Shown piece by piece: positions 24,416-35,246 of a stretch of DNA of 64,000 nucleotides; the first letter of the stretch is position 1; every line of letters begins with the position of its first letter. Source of the stretch: Mobula hypostoma (Eukaryota); NCBI RefSeq assembly GCF_963921235.1, contig NC_086097.1, forward strand, positions 12,524,001-12,588,000, given 5' to 3'. The position numbers and the translations under genes were made by a program. Under the pieces are notes generated by a model, which searched no databases, was not told the DNA's origin, and saw only the letters and a program-made list of their open reading frames with translations.

Positions 24416-26936
24416 CCTTTCTTACATATTCATTCAAGGAATATGGCTACTACCAGCAAACCTAGTCACCCTCTTGAAGAGCTGCTCTCCTTCTGATGAA
24501 GACACATGTACAGAAGGGAATTTCAAGACTAAAACCCATCAACATTGCAGAGATAATCAAATATTTCCATCAGAATGGTGTGCCACTTGAGAGAGAATGT
24601 CTGTCTGTTACCTTACCCTTCCTGGTGTTAGAGATCATGGGTCTGAGAAATGCTTTTGTAAAAGTATTGGTGAATAACTACAGAGTTTTAAATAGATGGC
24701 ACAGATATTAATGAAATTACAAAGAAGGCACGGCAGCGGCTATACTCCTTTAGGAGTCTGAGGAGTCTGGTATGTCTCGCAAATTTCTACAGAGGTACCA
24801 CGGAGAGCATTCTTGCTGATTGGAGAGCATTCTCGCTAATTGCATCACTGTCCGGTGTGGAGGGGCCACAATCAGAAAAAAAAACTGCAGAAAGTTGTAA
24901 ACTCAGCCAGTTCCATCATGGGCATTAGACTCCCCCAGCATCGAGGATATCATCAAAAGGTGATGCCTCAAAAAGGCTACATCCATCATTAAGACCATGA
25001 GACCATACGTTATAGGAGCAGAATTAGGCCATTCAGTCCATTGAGTCTGCTCTGCCATTTCATCATGGCTGATCCCAGATCCCACTCAACCCCCACACAC
25101 CTGCCTTCTCGCCATATCCTTTGATGTACAGACCGATCAGGAAAATACCAACTTCTGCCTTAAATATACCCACGGACTTGGCCACCACCACAGTCTGTGA
25201 GAGAGCATTCCACCGATTCACTGCTCTCTGACTAAAAAAGATTCCTCCTTATCTCTGTTTTAAAAGGTCACCCCTCAATTTTGAGGCTGTGCCCTCTTGT
25301 TCTAGATACCCCCACTATAGGAAACATCCACTCCACATCCACCCTATCTAGTCCTTTCAAAATTTAGTAGGTTTCAATGAGAACGCCCTGCATTCTTCTA
25401 AATTCCAGTGAGTACAGGACCAAAGCTGCCAAACTCTCTTCACATGTTAACCCCTTCATGCCCAGAATCACCCTCGTGAACCTCCTCTGGACTCTCTCCA
25501 ATGACACACATCCTTTCTGAGATATGGGGCACAAAACTGTTGACAGTATTCCAAGTGCAGCCTGATTAGTGTTGTATAAAGCCTCAGCATTATCTCCTTT
25601 TATATTCTATTCCACTTAAAATAAAAACCAACATTCCATTTGCCTTCTTTACCACAGACTCAACCTATAAATTAACCTTCTGGGAATCTTGCATGAGGAC
25701 TCCCAAGTCCCCCTGTGCCTCTGATGTTTGAATCTTCTCCCCATTTATAAAATAGTTCACACTATTGTTCCATTTACCAAAATGCAATATCGTACATTAC
25801 CCAACATTGTATTCCATCTGTCACTTTTTTGCCTTTTCTTCCTGCTGCAATTGCATTGCTTCCTGAGCACCACTTACCCCTCCACCTATCTTTGTATCAT
25901 CCGCAAACTTTGCCACAAAGCCATCAATTCCATTATCCAAATCATTGATAAGCTATGTGAAAAGTAGCAGTCCCAATACTGACCCCTGAGGAACACCACT
26001 AGTCCCTGGCGGCCAAACAGAAAAGGGCCTCTTTATTCCCAATCACTGCCTCCCACCAGTCAGTCATTTCTCTATCCATACCAGTATCTTTCCTGTAATA
26101 CCATAGGATTTTATTTTGTTAAGCAGCCTCATGTGTGGCACCTTATCACACGCCTTCTGAAAATCCAATTAAATGACATTCACCGCCTCTCCTTTGTCCA
26201 CCCTGCTTGTTACTTCCTTAAAGAACTCTAACGGATTTGTCAGCCAAGATTTCCCTTCACAGAAACCATGCTGACTTTGACTTATTTTATTATTAGTCTC
26301 CAAGTACCCCAAAACCTCATCTTAGAACCATAGAACCATAGAAACTACAGCACAGAAACAGGCTTTTTGGTCCTTCTTGGCCGTGCCGAACCATTTTCTG
26401 CCTAGTCCCACTGACCTGCACAAGGACCATATCCCTCCATACACCTCCCATCCATGTATCTGTCCAATTTATTCTTAAATGTTAAAAAAGAACCCGCATT
26501 TACCACCTCGTCTGGCAGCTCATTACATACTTCCACCACTCTCTATGTGAAGAAGCCCCCCCTAATGTTGCCTTTAAACTTTTCCCCCCTCTCCCTTAAC
26601 CCATGTCCTCTGTTTTTTTTTCTCCCCTTGCCTCAGTGGAAAATGCCTGCTTGCATTCACTCTATACCCATCATAATTTTATATACCTCTATCAAATCTC
26701 CCCTCATTCTTCTACGCTCCAGGGAACAAAGTCCTAACCTATTCAACCTTTCTCTGTAACTGAGTTTCTCAAGTCCCGGCAACATCCTTGTAAACCTTCT
26801 CTGCACTCTTTCAACCTTGTTTATATCCTTCCTGTAATTTGGTGACCAAAACTGAACACAATACTCCAGATTCGGCCTCACCAATGCCTTATACAACCTC
26901 ATCATAACATTCCAGCTCTTAAACTCAATACTTTGA

Positions 26937-29429
26937 TTAATAAAGGCCAATGTACCAAAAGCTCCACACATCAAAGTTGCTGGTGAATGCAGCAGGCCAG
27001 GCAGCATCTGTAGGAAGAGGTGCAGTCGACGTTTCAGGCCGAGACCCTTCGTCAGGACCAAAAGCTCCCTTTACGACCCTATCTACCTGTGATGCCACTT
27101 TTAGGGAATTTTGTATCTGTATCCCCAGATCCCTCTGTTCCACTGCACTCCTCAGTGCCTTACCATTAACCCTGTATGTTCTACGTTGGTTTGTCCTTCC
27201 AACGTGCAATACCTCACACTTGTCTGTATTAAACTCCATCTGCCATTTTTTAGCCCATTTTTCCAGCTGGTCCAAGTCCCTCTGCAGGCTCTGAAAACCT
27301 TCCTCACTGTCTACTACACCTCCAATCTTTGTATCATCAGCAAATTTGCTGATCCAGTTTACCACATTATCATCCAGATCATTGATATAGATGACAAATA
27401 ACAATGGACCCAGCACTGATCCCTGTGGCACACCACTAGTCATAGACCTCCACTCAGAGAAGCAATTCTCTACCACCACTCTCTGGCTTCTTCCATCGAG
27501 CCAATGTCTAATCCAATTTACCACCTCTCCATGTATACCTAGCGACTGAATTTTCCTAACTAACCTCCAATGCGGGACCTTGTCAAAGGCCTTACTGAAG
27601 TCCATGTAGACAATATCCACTGCCTTCCCTTCATCCACTTTCCTGGTAACCTCCTCGAAAAACTCCAATAGATTGGTCAAACATGACCTACCACGCACAA
27701 AGCCATGTTGACGCTCCCTAATAAGTCCCTGTCTATCCAAATGCTTGTAGATTCTGTCTCTTGGTACTCCCTCCAATAACTTACCTACTACCGATGTTAA
27801 ATTTACTGGCCTATAATTTCCTGGATTACTTTTCGATCCTTTTTTAAACAACGGAACAACATGAGCCACTCTCCAAACCTCGGGCACCTCACCTGTAGAC
27901 AGCGACATTTTAAATATTTCTACCAGGGCCCCTGCAATTTCAACACTAGTCTCCTTCAAGGTCCGAGGGAACACCCTGTCAGGTCCTGGGGATTTATCCA
28001 CTTTAATTTTCCTCAAAACAGCAAGCACCTCCTCCTTTTCAATCTGTACAGTTTCCATGATCTCACTACTTGTTTCCCTTAATTCCATAGACTTCATGCT
28101 AGTTTCCTTAGTAAATACAGATGCAAAAAACCTATTTAAGATCTCCCCCATTTTCTTTGGTTCCGCACATAGCCGACCATTCTGATCTTCAAGAGAACCA
28201 ATTTTATCCCTTACAATCCTTTTGCTCTTAATACACCTGTAAAAGCTCTTTAGATTATCCTTCACTTTGACTGCCAAGGCAACCTCATGTCTTCTTTTAG
28301 CCCTCCTGATTTCTTTCTTAATTATTTTCTTGCACTTCTTATACTCCTCAAGTACCTTATTTACTCCCTGCTTCCTATACATGTCATACAACTCCCTCTT
28401 CTTCTTTATCAGAGTTGCAATATCCCTTGAGAACCAAGGTTTCTTATTCCTATTCACTTTGCCGTTAATCCTGACAGGAACATACAAACTCTGCACTCTC
28501 AAAATTTCTCCTTTGAAGGCTTCCCACCTACTGATCACATCCTTGCCAGAGAACAACCTGTCCCAATCCACACTTTTTGGATCCTTTCTCATTTCTTCAA
28601 ATTTGGCCTTCTTCCAGTTCAGAACCTCAACCCTAGGACCAGATCTATCCTTGTCCATGATCGAGTTGAAACTAATGGTGTTATGATCACTGGAACCAAA
28701 GTGCTCCCCTACACCGACTTCTGTCACTTGTCCTAACTCGTTTCCTAACAGGAGATCCAATATTGCATCCCCTCTAGTTGGTCCCTCTATATATTGATTT
28801 AGAAAACTTTCCTGAACACATTTTACAAACTCTAAACCATCTAGACCCCTAACAGTATGGGAGTCCCAATCAATATATGGAAAATTAAAATCCCCTAACA
28901 CCACAACTTTATGTTTCCTGCAGTTGCCTGCTATCTCTCTGCAGATTTGCTCTTCCAAGTCTCGTTGACTATTGGGTGGTCTGTAATACAATCCCACTAA
29001 TGTGGCCATACCTTTCCTGTTTCTCAGCTCCACCCATAAGGACTCAGTAGACAAGCCCTCTAATCTGTCCTGCCTGAGCACTGCTGTAATATTTTCCCTA
29101 ACAAGCAATGCTACTCCCCCACCTTTCATTCCTCTGCCTCGATCACATCTGAAACATCGGAACCCTGGAATATTAAGCTGCCAGTCGTGCCCCTCCTGTA
29201 GCCAAGTTTCACTAATTGCTACAACATCATAATTCCACGTGTCAATCCACGCCCTCAACTCATCCACCATCCCCGCAATACTCCTAGCATTGAAATATAT
29301 ACACCTCAGAAGATTTTTACCACCACTCACAACCTTTCTATTAGCGAATTTGCTTGAACTTTTAATGTCATTTATTTTCACCCCAGCCACACTGTCAGCT
29401 CTGGCACTCTGGTTCCCATCCCCCTGCAA
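26937..29429 (-). CDS. CR1 ORF2, APE endonuclease plus reverse transcriptase, frameshifted near the C-terminus by an insertion
   Basis: 830-aa ORF: 'YFNARSI', 'AISETW', 'GDFN', 'SDHN', 'NYRPVNLTS', 'DFSKAFDKV', 'GVPQGSVLGP', 'FADD'. Confidence 0.93.
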   Translation of the reverse strand: MQGDGNQSARADSVAGVKINDIKSSSKFANRKVVSGGKNLLRCIYFNARSIAGMVDELRAWIDTWNYDVVAISETWLQEGHDWQLNIPGFRCFRCDRGRGMKGGGVALLVRENITAVLRQDRLEGLSTESLWVELRNRKGMATLVGLYYRPPNSQRDLEEQICREIAGNCRKHKVVVLGDFNFPYIDWDSHTVRGLDGLEFVKCVQESFLNQYIEGPTRGDAILDLLLGNELGQVTEVGVGEHFGSSDHNTISFNSIMDKDRSGPRVEVLNWKKAKFEEMRKDPKSVDWDRLFSGKDVISRWEAFKGEILRVQSLYVPVRINGKVNRNKKPWFSRDIATLIKKKRELYDMYRKQGVNKVLEEYKKCKKIIKKEIRRAKRRHEVALAVKVKDNLKSFYRCIKSKRIVRDKIGSLEDQNGRLCAEPKKMGEILNRFFASVFTKETSMKSMELRETSSEIMETVQIEKEEVLAVLRKIKVDKSPGPDRVFPRTLKETSVEIAGALVEIFKMSLSTGEVPEVWRVAHVVPLFKKGSKSNPGNYRPVNLTSVVGKLLEGVPRDRIYKHLDRQGLIRERQHGFVRGRSCLTNLLEFFEEVTRKVDEGKAVDIVYMDFSKAFDKVPHWRLVRKIQSLGIHGEVVNWIRHWLDGRSQRVVVENCFSEWRSMTSGVPQGSVLGPLLFVIYINDLDDNVVNWISKFADDTKIGGVVDSEEGFQSLQRDLDQLEKWAKKWQMEFNTDKCEVLHVGRTNQRRTYRVNGKALRSAVEQRDLGIQIQNSLKVASQVDRVVKGAFGPDEGSRPETSTAPLPTDAAWPAAFTSNFDVWSFWYIGLY
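26966..27056 (-). ncRNA. 91-bp Penelope terminal insert containing a minimal type I hammerhead ribozyme motif
   Basis: Minus strand GTC-CTGACGA-AGG-GTCTCGG-CCT-GAAAC-GTC-GAC; TSD ACCAAAAGCTCC at 26954-26965 and 27057-27068. Confidence 0.75.
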
Positions 29430-30414
29430 ATCTAGTTTAAAGCCTCCCCAATAGCACTAACAAACCTCCCTGAAAGGATATTGGTCCCCCTGTAGTTCAA
29501 GTGTAACCCGTCTCTCTTGTACAGGTCCCACCTGCCCCAGAAGAGGTTCCAATGATCCTGAAATCTGAAACCCTGCCCTCTACACCAGTTCCTCAGCCAC
29601 TTGTTCATCCTCCAGAGCATCCTATTCCTACCCTCACTGGCACCTAGCACAGGTAGAAATCCTGAGATTACCACCCTCGAGGTCCTGCTTTTCAACTTCC
29701 TACCAAGCTCTCTATACTCACTCTCCAGGACTCTTTAATAATAGTCTCCAACATTTTCCCAACTGAAGTGATTAGGCCAACTGGCCTATAATTTCCTTTC
29801 TTTTGCCTTCCTCTCTTCTTAAAGAGTGGAGTGACATTTGCAACTTCCAGTCCTCCAGGACCATGCCAGAATCAACTGGTTCTTGAAAGATCATGACCAA
29901 TGCAATCCATTATCTCTTCAGCAATCTCTCTCAGGACTCTAGGATGTAGTCCATCTGGTCCAGATGACTTATCTAACTTAATACCTTTGAGTTTGCATAA
30001 CACTTTTCCTTTGTAATTATAATGGCACTCACTCCTGCTCCCTGACACTCATGGACCTCTGGCACACTGCTAGTGAAGACAGATGCAAAGTTCTTATTAA
30101 GTTCATCTGCTATTTCTTTGTCCCCCATTACTTCCTCACCAGCATCATTTTCCAATAGTCCAATATCAACTCTCACCTCACTTTTACTCTTTATCTAGCT
30201 GAAAAACTTTTACTCTCCTTCTTTATATTATTGGCTAGTTTGCCCTCATGTTTCATCCTTTCCCTTCTTATAGCTTTTTTAGTTATCTTGTTGGATTTTA
30301 AAAGCTTCCCAATCAACTTCCCACTCACTTTTGCTACCTTATATGTCCTTTCCTTGACCTTAATGCAGTCCATAACTTCCCTTGTCAGTCACAGTTGCCT
30401 ATCCCCTACCATTT

Positions 30415-32380
30415 GAGCAAGAGGATAAGACGTGAGAGAATAGGACTAACCAAGTGTGATAGTGGAAAAATGTGTATGGAACCGGAGGAGACAGCAGAGG
30501 TACATTATGAATACTTTACTTCAGTATTCACTATGGAAAAGGATCTTGGCGATTGTGGGCATGACTTACAGTGGACTGAAAAGCTTGAGCATGTAGATAT
30601 TAAGAAAGAGAATGTGCTGGAGCTTTTGGAAAGCATCAAGTTGCATAAGTCACCTGAACTGGATGAGGTGTTGCCCAGGCTGCTGTGGGAGGCGAGGGAG
30701 GAGATTTCTGATCCTCTGGCGATGACCTTTGCATCATCAATGGAGACAAGAGAGCTTCCGGAGGATTGGAGGGTTGCGGATGTTGGTCTCTTGTTCAAGA
30801 AAGGGAGTGGAGATAACCCAGGAAATTATAGACCAGTGAGTCTTACTTCAGTGGTTGGTAAGTTGATGGAGAAGATCCTGAGAGGGAGGATTTATGAACA
30901 TTTGGAGAGGCATAATATGATTAGGAATATTCAGCATGGCTTTGTCAAAGGCAGGTTGTGCCTTAGGATTTTTCTGAGCAAAGTTTTTGAGGATGTGACT
31001 AAACACATTGATGAAGGCTGCTGGCAACGGTGGTGGAGGTGGATACGATAGGGTCTTTTAAGAGACTTTTAGATAAGTACATGGAGCTTAGTAATATAGA
31101 GGGCTATAGGGAAGCCTAGTAATTTCTAAGGTAGGGACATGTTCAGCACAACTTTGTGGGCTGAAGGGCCTGTATTGTGCTGTAGGCTTTCTATATTTCT
31201 ATGTCTATGTAGAGCAGTAGATGTAGTGTATATGGATTTCAGCAAAAGATTTGAGAAGGTACCCCATACAAGGCTTCTTGAGAAAGTAAGGAGGCATGGG
31301 ATCCAAGTGGACATTGCTTTGTGGATCCAGAACTGGCCTGCCCACAGAAGGCAAAGAGTGGTTGTAGACGGGTCATATTCTGCATGAAGGTCAGTGACCA
31401 GTGGTGTGCCTCAGGGATCTGTTCTGGGACCCCTACTCTTCGTGATTTTTTATAAATGACCTGGATGAGGAAGTGGAGGGATGGGTTAGTAAACTTGCTG
31501 ATAATACAAAGGTTGAAGGTATTATGGATAGTGTAAAGGGCTGTCAGAGGTTACAGCGGGACATTGATAGGATGCAAAACTGAGCTGAGAAGTTGCATAT
31601 GCAGATAAGTATGAGGTGGTTCATTTTGGTATGTCAAATATGATGGCAGAATTTAGTATTAATGGTAAGACTTTTGACAATGTGGAGGATCAGAGGGATC
31701 TTGGGGTCCGAGTCCGTAGGACACTCAAAGTTGCTGCGCAGGTTGACTCTGTGGTTAAGAAGGCATACGGTGAATTGGCCTTCATTAATCATGGGATTGA
31801 GTTTAGGAGTCGAGAGGTAATGTTGCAGCTATATAGGACCCTGGACAGACCCCACTTGGAGTACTGTGCTCAGTTCAGGTGACCTCACTACAGGAAGGAT
31901 GTGGTAACCATTGAAAGGGAGCAAGGGAGATTTACAAGGATGTTGCCTGGATTGGGGAGCATGCCTTATGAGAATAGGTTGAGTGAACTCGTCCTTTTCT
32001 CCTTGGAGCGACATAGGATGAGAGGTGTATAAGATGACGAGAGGCATTGATTGTGTGGATAGTCAGAGGCTTTTTCCCAGGGCTGAAATAGCTAGCATGA
32101 GAGGGCACAGTTTTAAGGTGCTTGGACATAGCTACAGAGGAGATGTCATGAGTAAGTTTTTTATGCAGAGAGTGGTGAGTGCGTGGAATGGGCTGCCGGC
32201 AACAGTGTTGGAGGCAGATACAACAGGGTCTTTTAAGACACTCCTGGATAGGTACATGGAGCTTAGAAAAATAGAGGGCTATGGGTAACCCTGGGTAATT
32301 TCTAAGGTAAGGACATGTTCGTCACAGCTTTGTGGACCGAAGGGCCTGTATTGTAGGTTTTCTCTGTTTCTATGTTTCTT
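30415..32380 (+). mobile_element. CR1 (family B) ORF2 and 3' UTR with a same-family 3' fragment inserted at ~31018-31209
   Basis: ORFs 30395-31051, 31139-31387, 31616-31882, 32025-32288 carry CR1 RT motifs. Confidence 0.9.
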
Positions 32381-33411
32381 CTTCTATGGGACATATCTAT
32401 CCTGTGCCTTGTGAACTATTCCCAGAAATTTCAGCCATCTCTGCTCTGCCATCATCCCCACCAGTAACCTCCTCCAATCCACCTGGGCAAGCTCCTCTCT
32501 CATGCCTCTGTAATTCCCTTTATTCCATTGCGATACTGATGCTTGTGATTTATGCCTCTCCCTCTCAACAGTATGAGTTCAATCATATTATGATCAGTGC
32601 CTCCTAAGAGTTCCTTTACATTAAGCTCCCTAATAAGATCTGGGTTATTACACAACTCCCAATTTAAGTTAGCCAATTTAGGTCCCCCATCACCCAGGAC
32701 ATGCCCTCTTCTCATTGCCATCATCAGGGAGGAGGTACAGGAGCCTGAAGGAACACAGAAAATGTTTTTGGAACACTTTTTTCACTTCCACTATCAGATT
32801 TCTGAAAAGACAATGAACCCACGTACACTACCTTACTTTTTTTTTGCTCTCTTTTTGGTCTACTTATTTAAACTATATATTACAATAATACATGTATCTT
32901 GTCATCTATAGTTTTTATTATTTTTTATTATTATGTTTTGCAATGTTCTGCTGCTGCAGAACAGCAAATTTCATGACATATGCCAATGATATTAAACCTG
33001 TTTCTGATTCTGAGTTTGCAAGCAGTGAAGAGAATGGAATCTTAGAGTGGTGCACAATGTTCTAATTAAGCAAATGCTTTGGTCTGGAAAGTGTTGGGCA
33101 TCTTGAATGTGGGAACTGCTCTCATCCAGCCATTTAGAGAGCATACATTGCCCTCCTGACATGTGTCTTGTTGATATTGAGTGTCAGGGTTCAGTTGCTC
33201 ATTGAAGCCTCAGCTCTTGTATCTATTGTTGTTTCTTCTAGGTTGTTCGTTAATGTCATTGATGTCCCCAGAATGCTGATGTTAATTCCCAGTCAGAAGG
33301 CTACACAAGCTTTGTGTATCTGAGGCTTTATACACAAAGAAAAGGAGAAGGTGTCTTGGCAGGGTTCAATTCCTGTAAGTTCACTTGTGGTGTCCTAGGC
33401 AGGGTTCAAAT

Positions 33412-34056
33412 GGAATGTTGGCCTTTATTACAAAAGGAATTGTGTACAAAAGCAAGGAAATCCTTTTGCATTTGTACAGGGCCCTGGTGAGACCACACCT
33501 GGAGTATTGTGTGCAGTTTTGGTCTCCAGGGTTAAGGAAGGACATCCTTGCTGTGGAGGAGGTGCAACGTACGTTCACTAGGTTGATTCCTGGGATGTCC
33601 GGACTGTCTTACACAGAGAGGTTAGAGAGACTGGGCTTGTACACGCTGGAATTAAGGAGATTGAGGGGGCATCTGATTGAGACATATAAGATTATTAAGG
33701 GATTGGACAAGATAGAGGCAGGAAATATGTTCCAGGTGCTGGGAGAGTCCAGTACCAGAGGGCATGGTTTAAGAATAAGGGGTAGGTCATTTAGGACAGA
33801 GTTGAGGAGGAAATTCTTCTCCCAGAGAGTTGTAGAGGTGTGGAACGCGCTGCCTCAGAAGGCAGTGGAGGCCAATTCTCTGGATGCTTTCAAGAAGGAG
33901 CTAGATAGGTATCTTATGGATAGGGGAATCAAGGGTTATGGGGACAAGGCAGGAACCAGGTATTGATAGTAGATGATCAGCCATGATCTCAGAATGGCGG
34001 TGCAGGCTCGAAGGGCCGAATGGTCTACTTCTGCACCTATTGTCCATTGTCTATTG
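33412..34056 (+). mobile_element. CR1 (family C) 3' fragment
   Basis: ORF 33385-33966; (TATTGTC)n tail; TSD TCAAAT at 33406-33411 and 34057-34062. Confidence 0.92.
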
Positions 34057-34149
34057 TCAAATCCTGTGAGTTCACCTGAGATGATTCGGGAAGGTTCAAG
34101 TTCTGTGAGTTCACTAGTGGTGTCCCAGGAAAATTCAAGTCCTGTGACA

Positions 34150-34300
34150 AACAAGAGAAAATCTGCTAGAAATCCACACAAAATGCTGGAGGAACTCAGC
34201 AGGCCAGGCAGCATCTATGGAAAAGAGTATAGTCACCATTTCGGACAGAGTCCCTCCATCAGGACAGGAGAAGGAAAGATGAGGAGTCAGAGTTAGAAAG
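34150..34300 (-). mobile_element. Penelope terminal fragment with hammerhead-like core
   Basis: Minus strand GTCCTGATGGAGGGACTCTGTCCGAAATGGTGACT at ~34231-34265. Confidence 0.65.
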
Positions 34301-34956
34301 TGCAAGTCCTGTGAGTTTACCTGTGGTGTCCCAGTCAGTGTTCAAGTTCTGTGAGTTCATCTGTGGTATCTCAAGCAGTGTTCAACTCCTGCAAGTGTAC
34401 CTGTGGGCTGGTCCCATGAAAAAAAAGAAACAAATATCAATAAAAGGAAGACATGGTGGCTTGGACCGGGTTCAAGTCAACATGCTAGCTTTGGGTATAT
34501 CACAAAGTCAGGATTGTGAACACTGTTGTGATTTCCTCAGAGTGCCCCAGAATGAAAGATTAAATATTTAAAGATTAAAGTTTCAATGAATTGTCTTTCA
34601 AAGGGTTATATCAAGCCAAAAATGTTTTCCAATTGCTTGATTAGTAAGAACATCAAAGGTTATGGAGAGAAGGTAGGAGAATGGGGTTGAGAGGAAAAAT
34701 AAATCAGCAGTGATCAAATGGCCTATCACTCTTCCTTTGTCTTATGGACATAGGTTTAAGATGATAGCTGAAAGGGTTATTTAAAAATTGAGGGGCAACT
34801 TTTTCCACAAAGGGTGGTCTATCAATGGAATGAGCTGCCAGAGGAAGTGGTTGAAGTAGGTACAATGATAGGATTTGTATGGGTGTATGAATAGGAAAGG
34901 TTTACATGGATATGGGTCAAATGTAGGCAAATGGGAGTAGTTTAGATAGTTTTGTC

Positions 34957-35246
34957 AGGGGCAACATGGTAGCATAACAGTTAGCATATTACAATTACAG
35001 AGCCTGCAACCTGGGTTCAATCTCCAGCACTGCCTGTAAGGAATTTGTACATTCTCCCCATGACTGTGTGGGTTTCCTCTGGGGCTTTGGTTTTCTCCAA
35101 CATTCCAAAGACATACCGGTTGGGAACTTAACTGGTCACTGTAAATTGTTCTATGGTTAGGGAGGATTAAGTTGGTGGGTTGCGGGGCGATACAGGTCGT
35201 TAGGCCAGATGGGCTTGTCTTGCGCTGTATTTCTAAATAAATAAAT
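34957..35246 (+). mobile_element. Full-length V-SINE (HE1-like)
   Basis: tRNA-like head with GGTTCAATCTCC, V-domain GTGTGGGTTTCCTCTGGGGC, (TAAA)n tail; a reverse, deleted copy lies at ~35505-35750. Confidence 0.8.

Larger units (their letters stand above)
26323..29731 (-). mobile_element. Near full-length CR1 (3' part of ORF1 plus ORF2)
   Basis: (AGAACCAT)n tail; ORF1 esterase-like 'RVVISGFLPV..DGLHLN'; ORF2 listed below. Confidence 0.95.
24994..32680 (-). mobile_element. Older CR1 in three pieces (24994-26322, 29733-30413, 32385-32680)
   Basis: Colinear minus-strand ORF2 remnants from endonuclease ('LLGGTDHNMIE') through RT to the 3' tail. Confidence 0.8.
24715..33012 (+). mobile_element. 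Rex/L2-like LINE 3' part split by a 7.7-kb CR1 nest (own sequence 24715-24993 and 32680-33012)
   Basis: 'CLKKATSIIK' at ~24993 resumes as 'PHHPGHALFSLPS' at ~32686; tail ATTAAACCTGTTTCTGATTCTGA. Confidence 0.7.
33349..34408 (+). repeat. Degenerate 40-bp minisatellite (about 8 units) interrupted by a CR1 and a Penelope fragment
   Basis: Consensus GGTGTCCCAGGCAGGGTTCAAGTCCTGTGAGTTCACCTGT; 40-bp period at 33361/33401 and 34301/34341/34381. Confidence 0.8.

Noticed and set aside
33349..34408. CRISPR-like array
   Set aside because: Units are contiguous tandem repeats without unique spacers, there are no cas genes and the context is vertebrate
34957..35030. tRNA gene
   Set aside because: Degenerate head continues into a V-SINE body and tail
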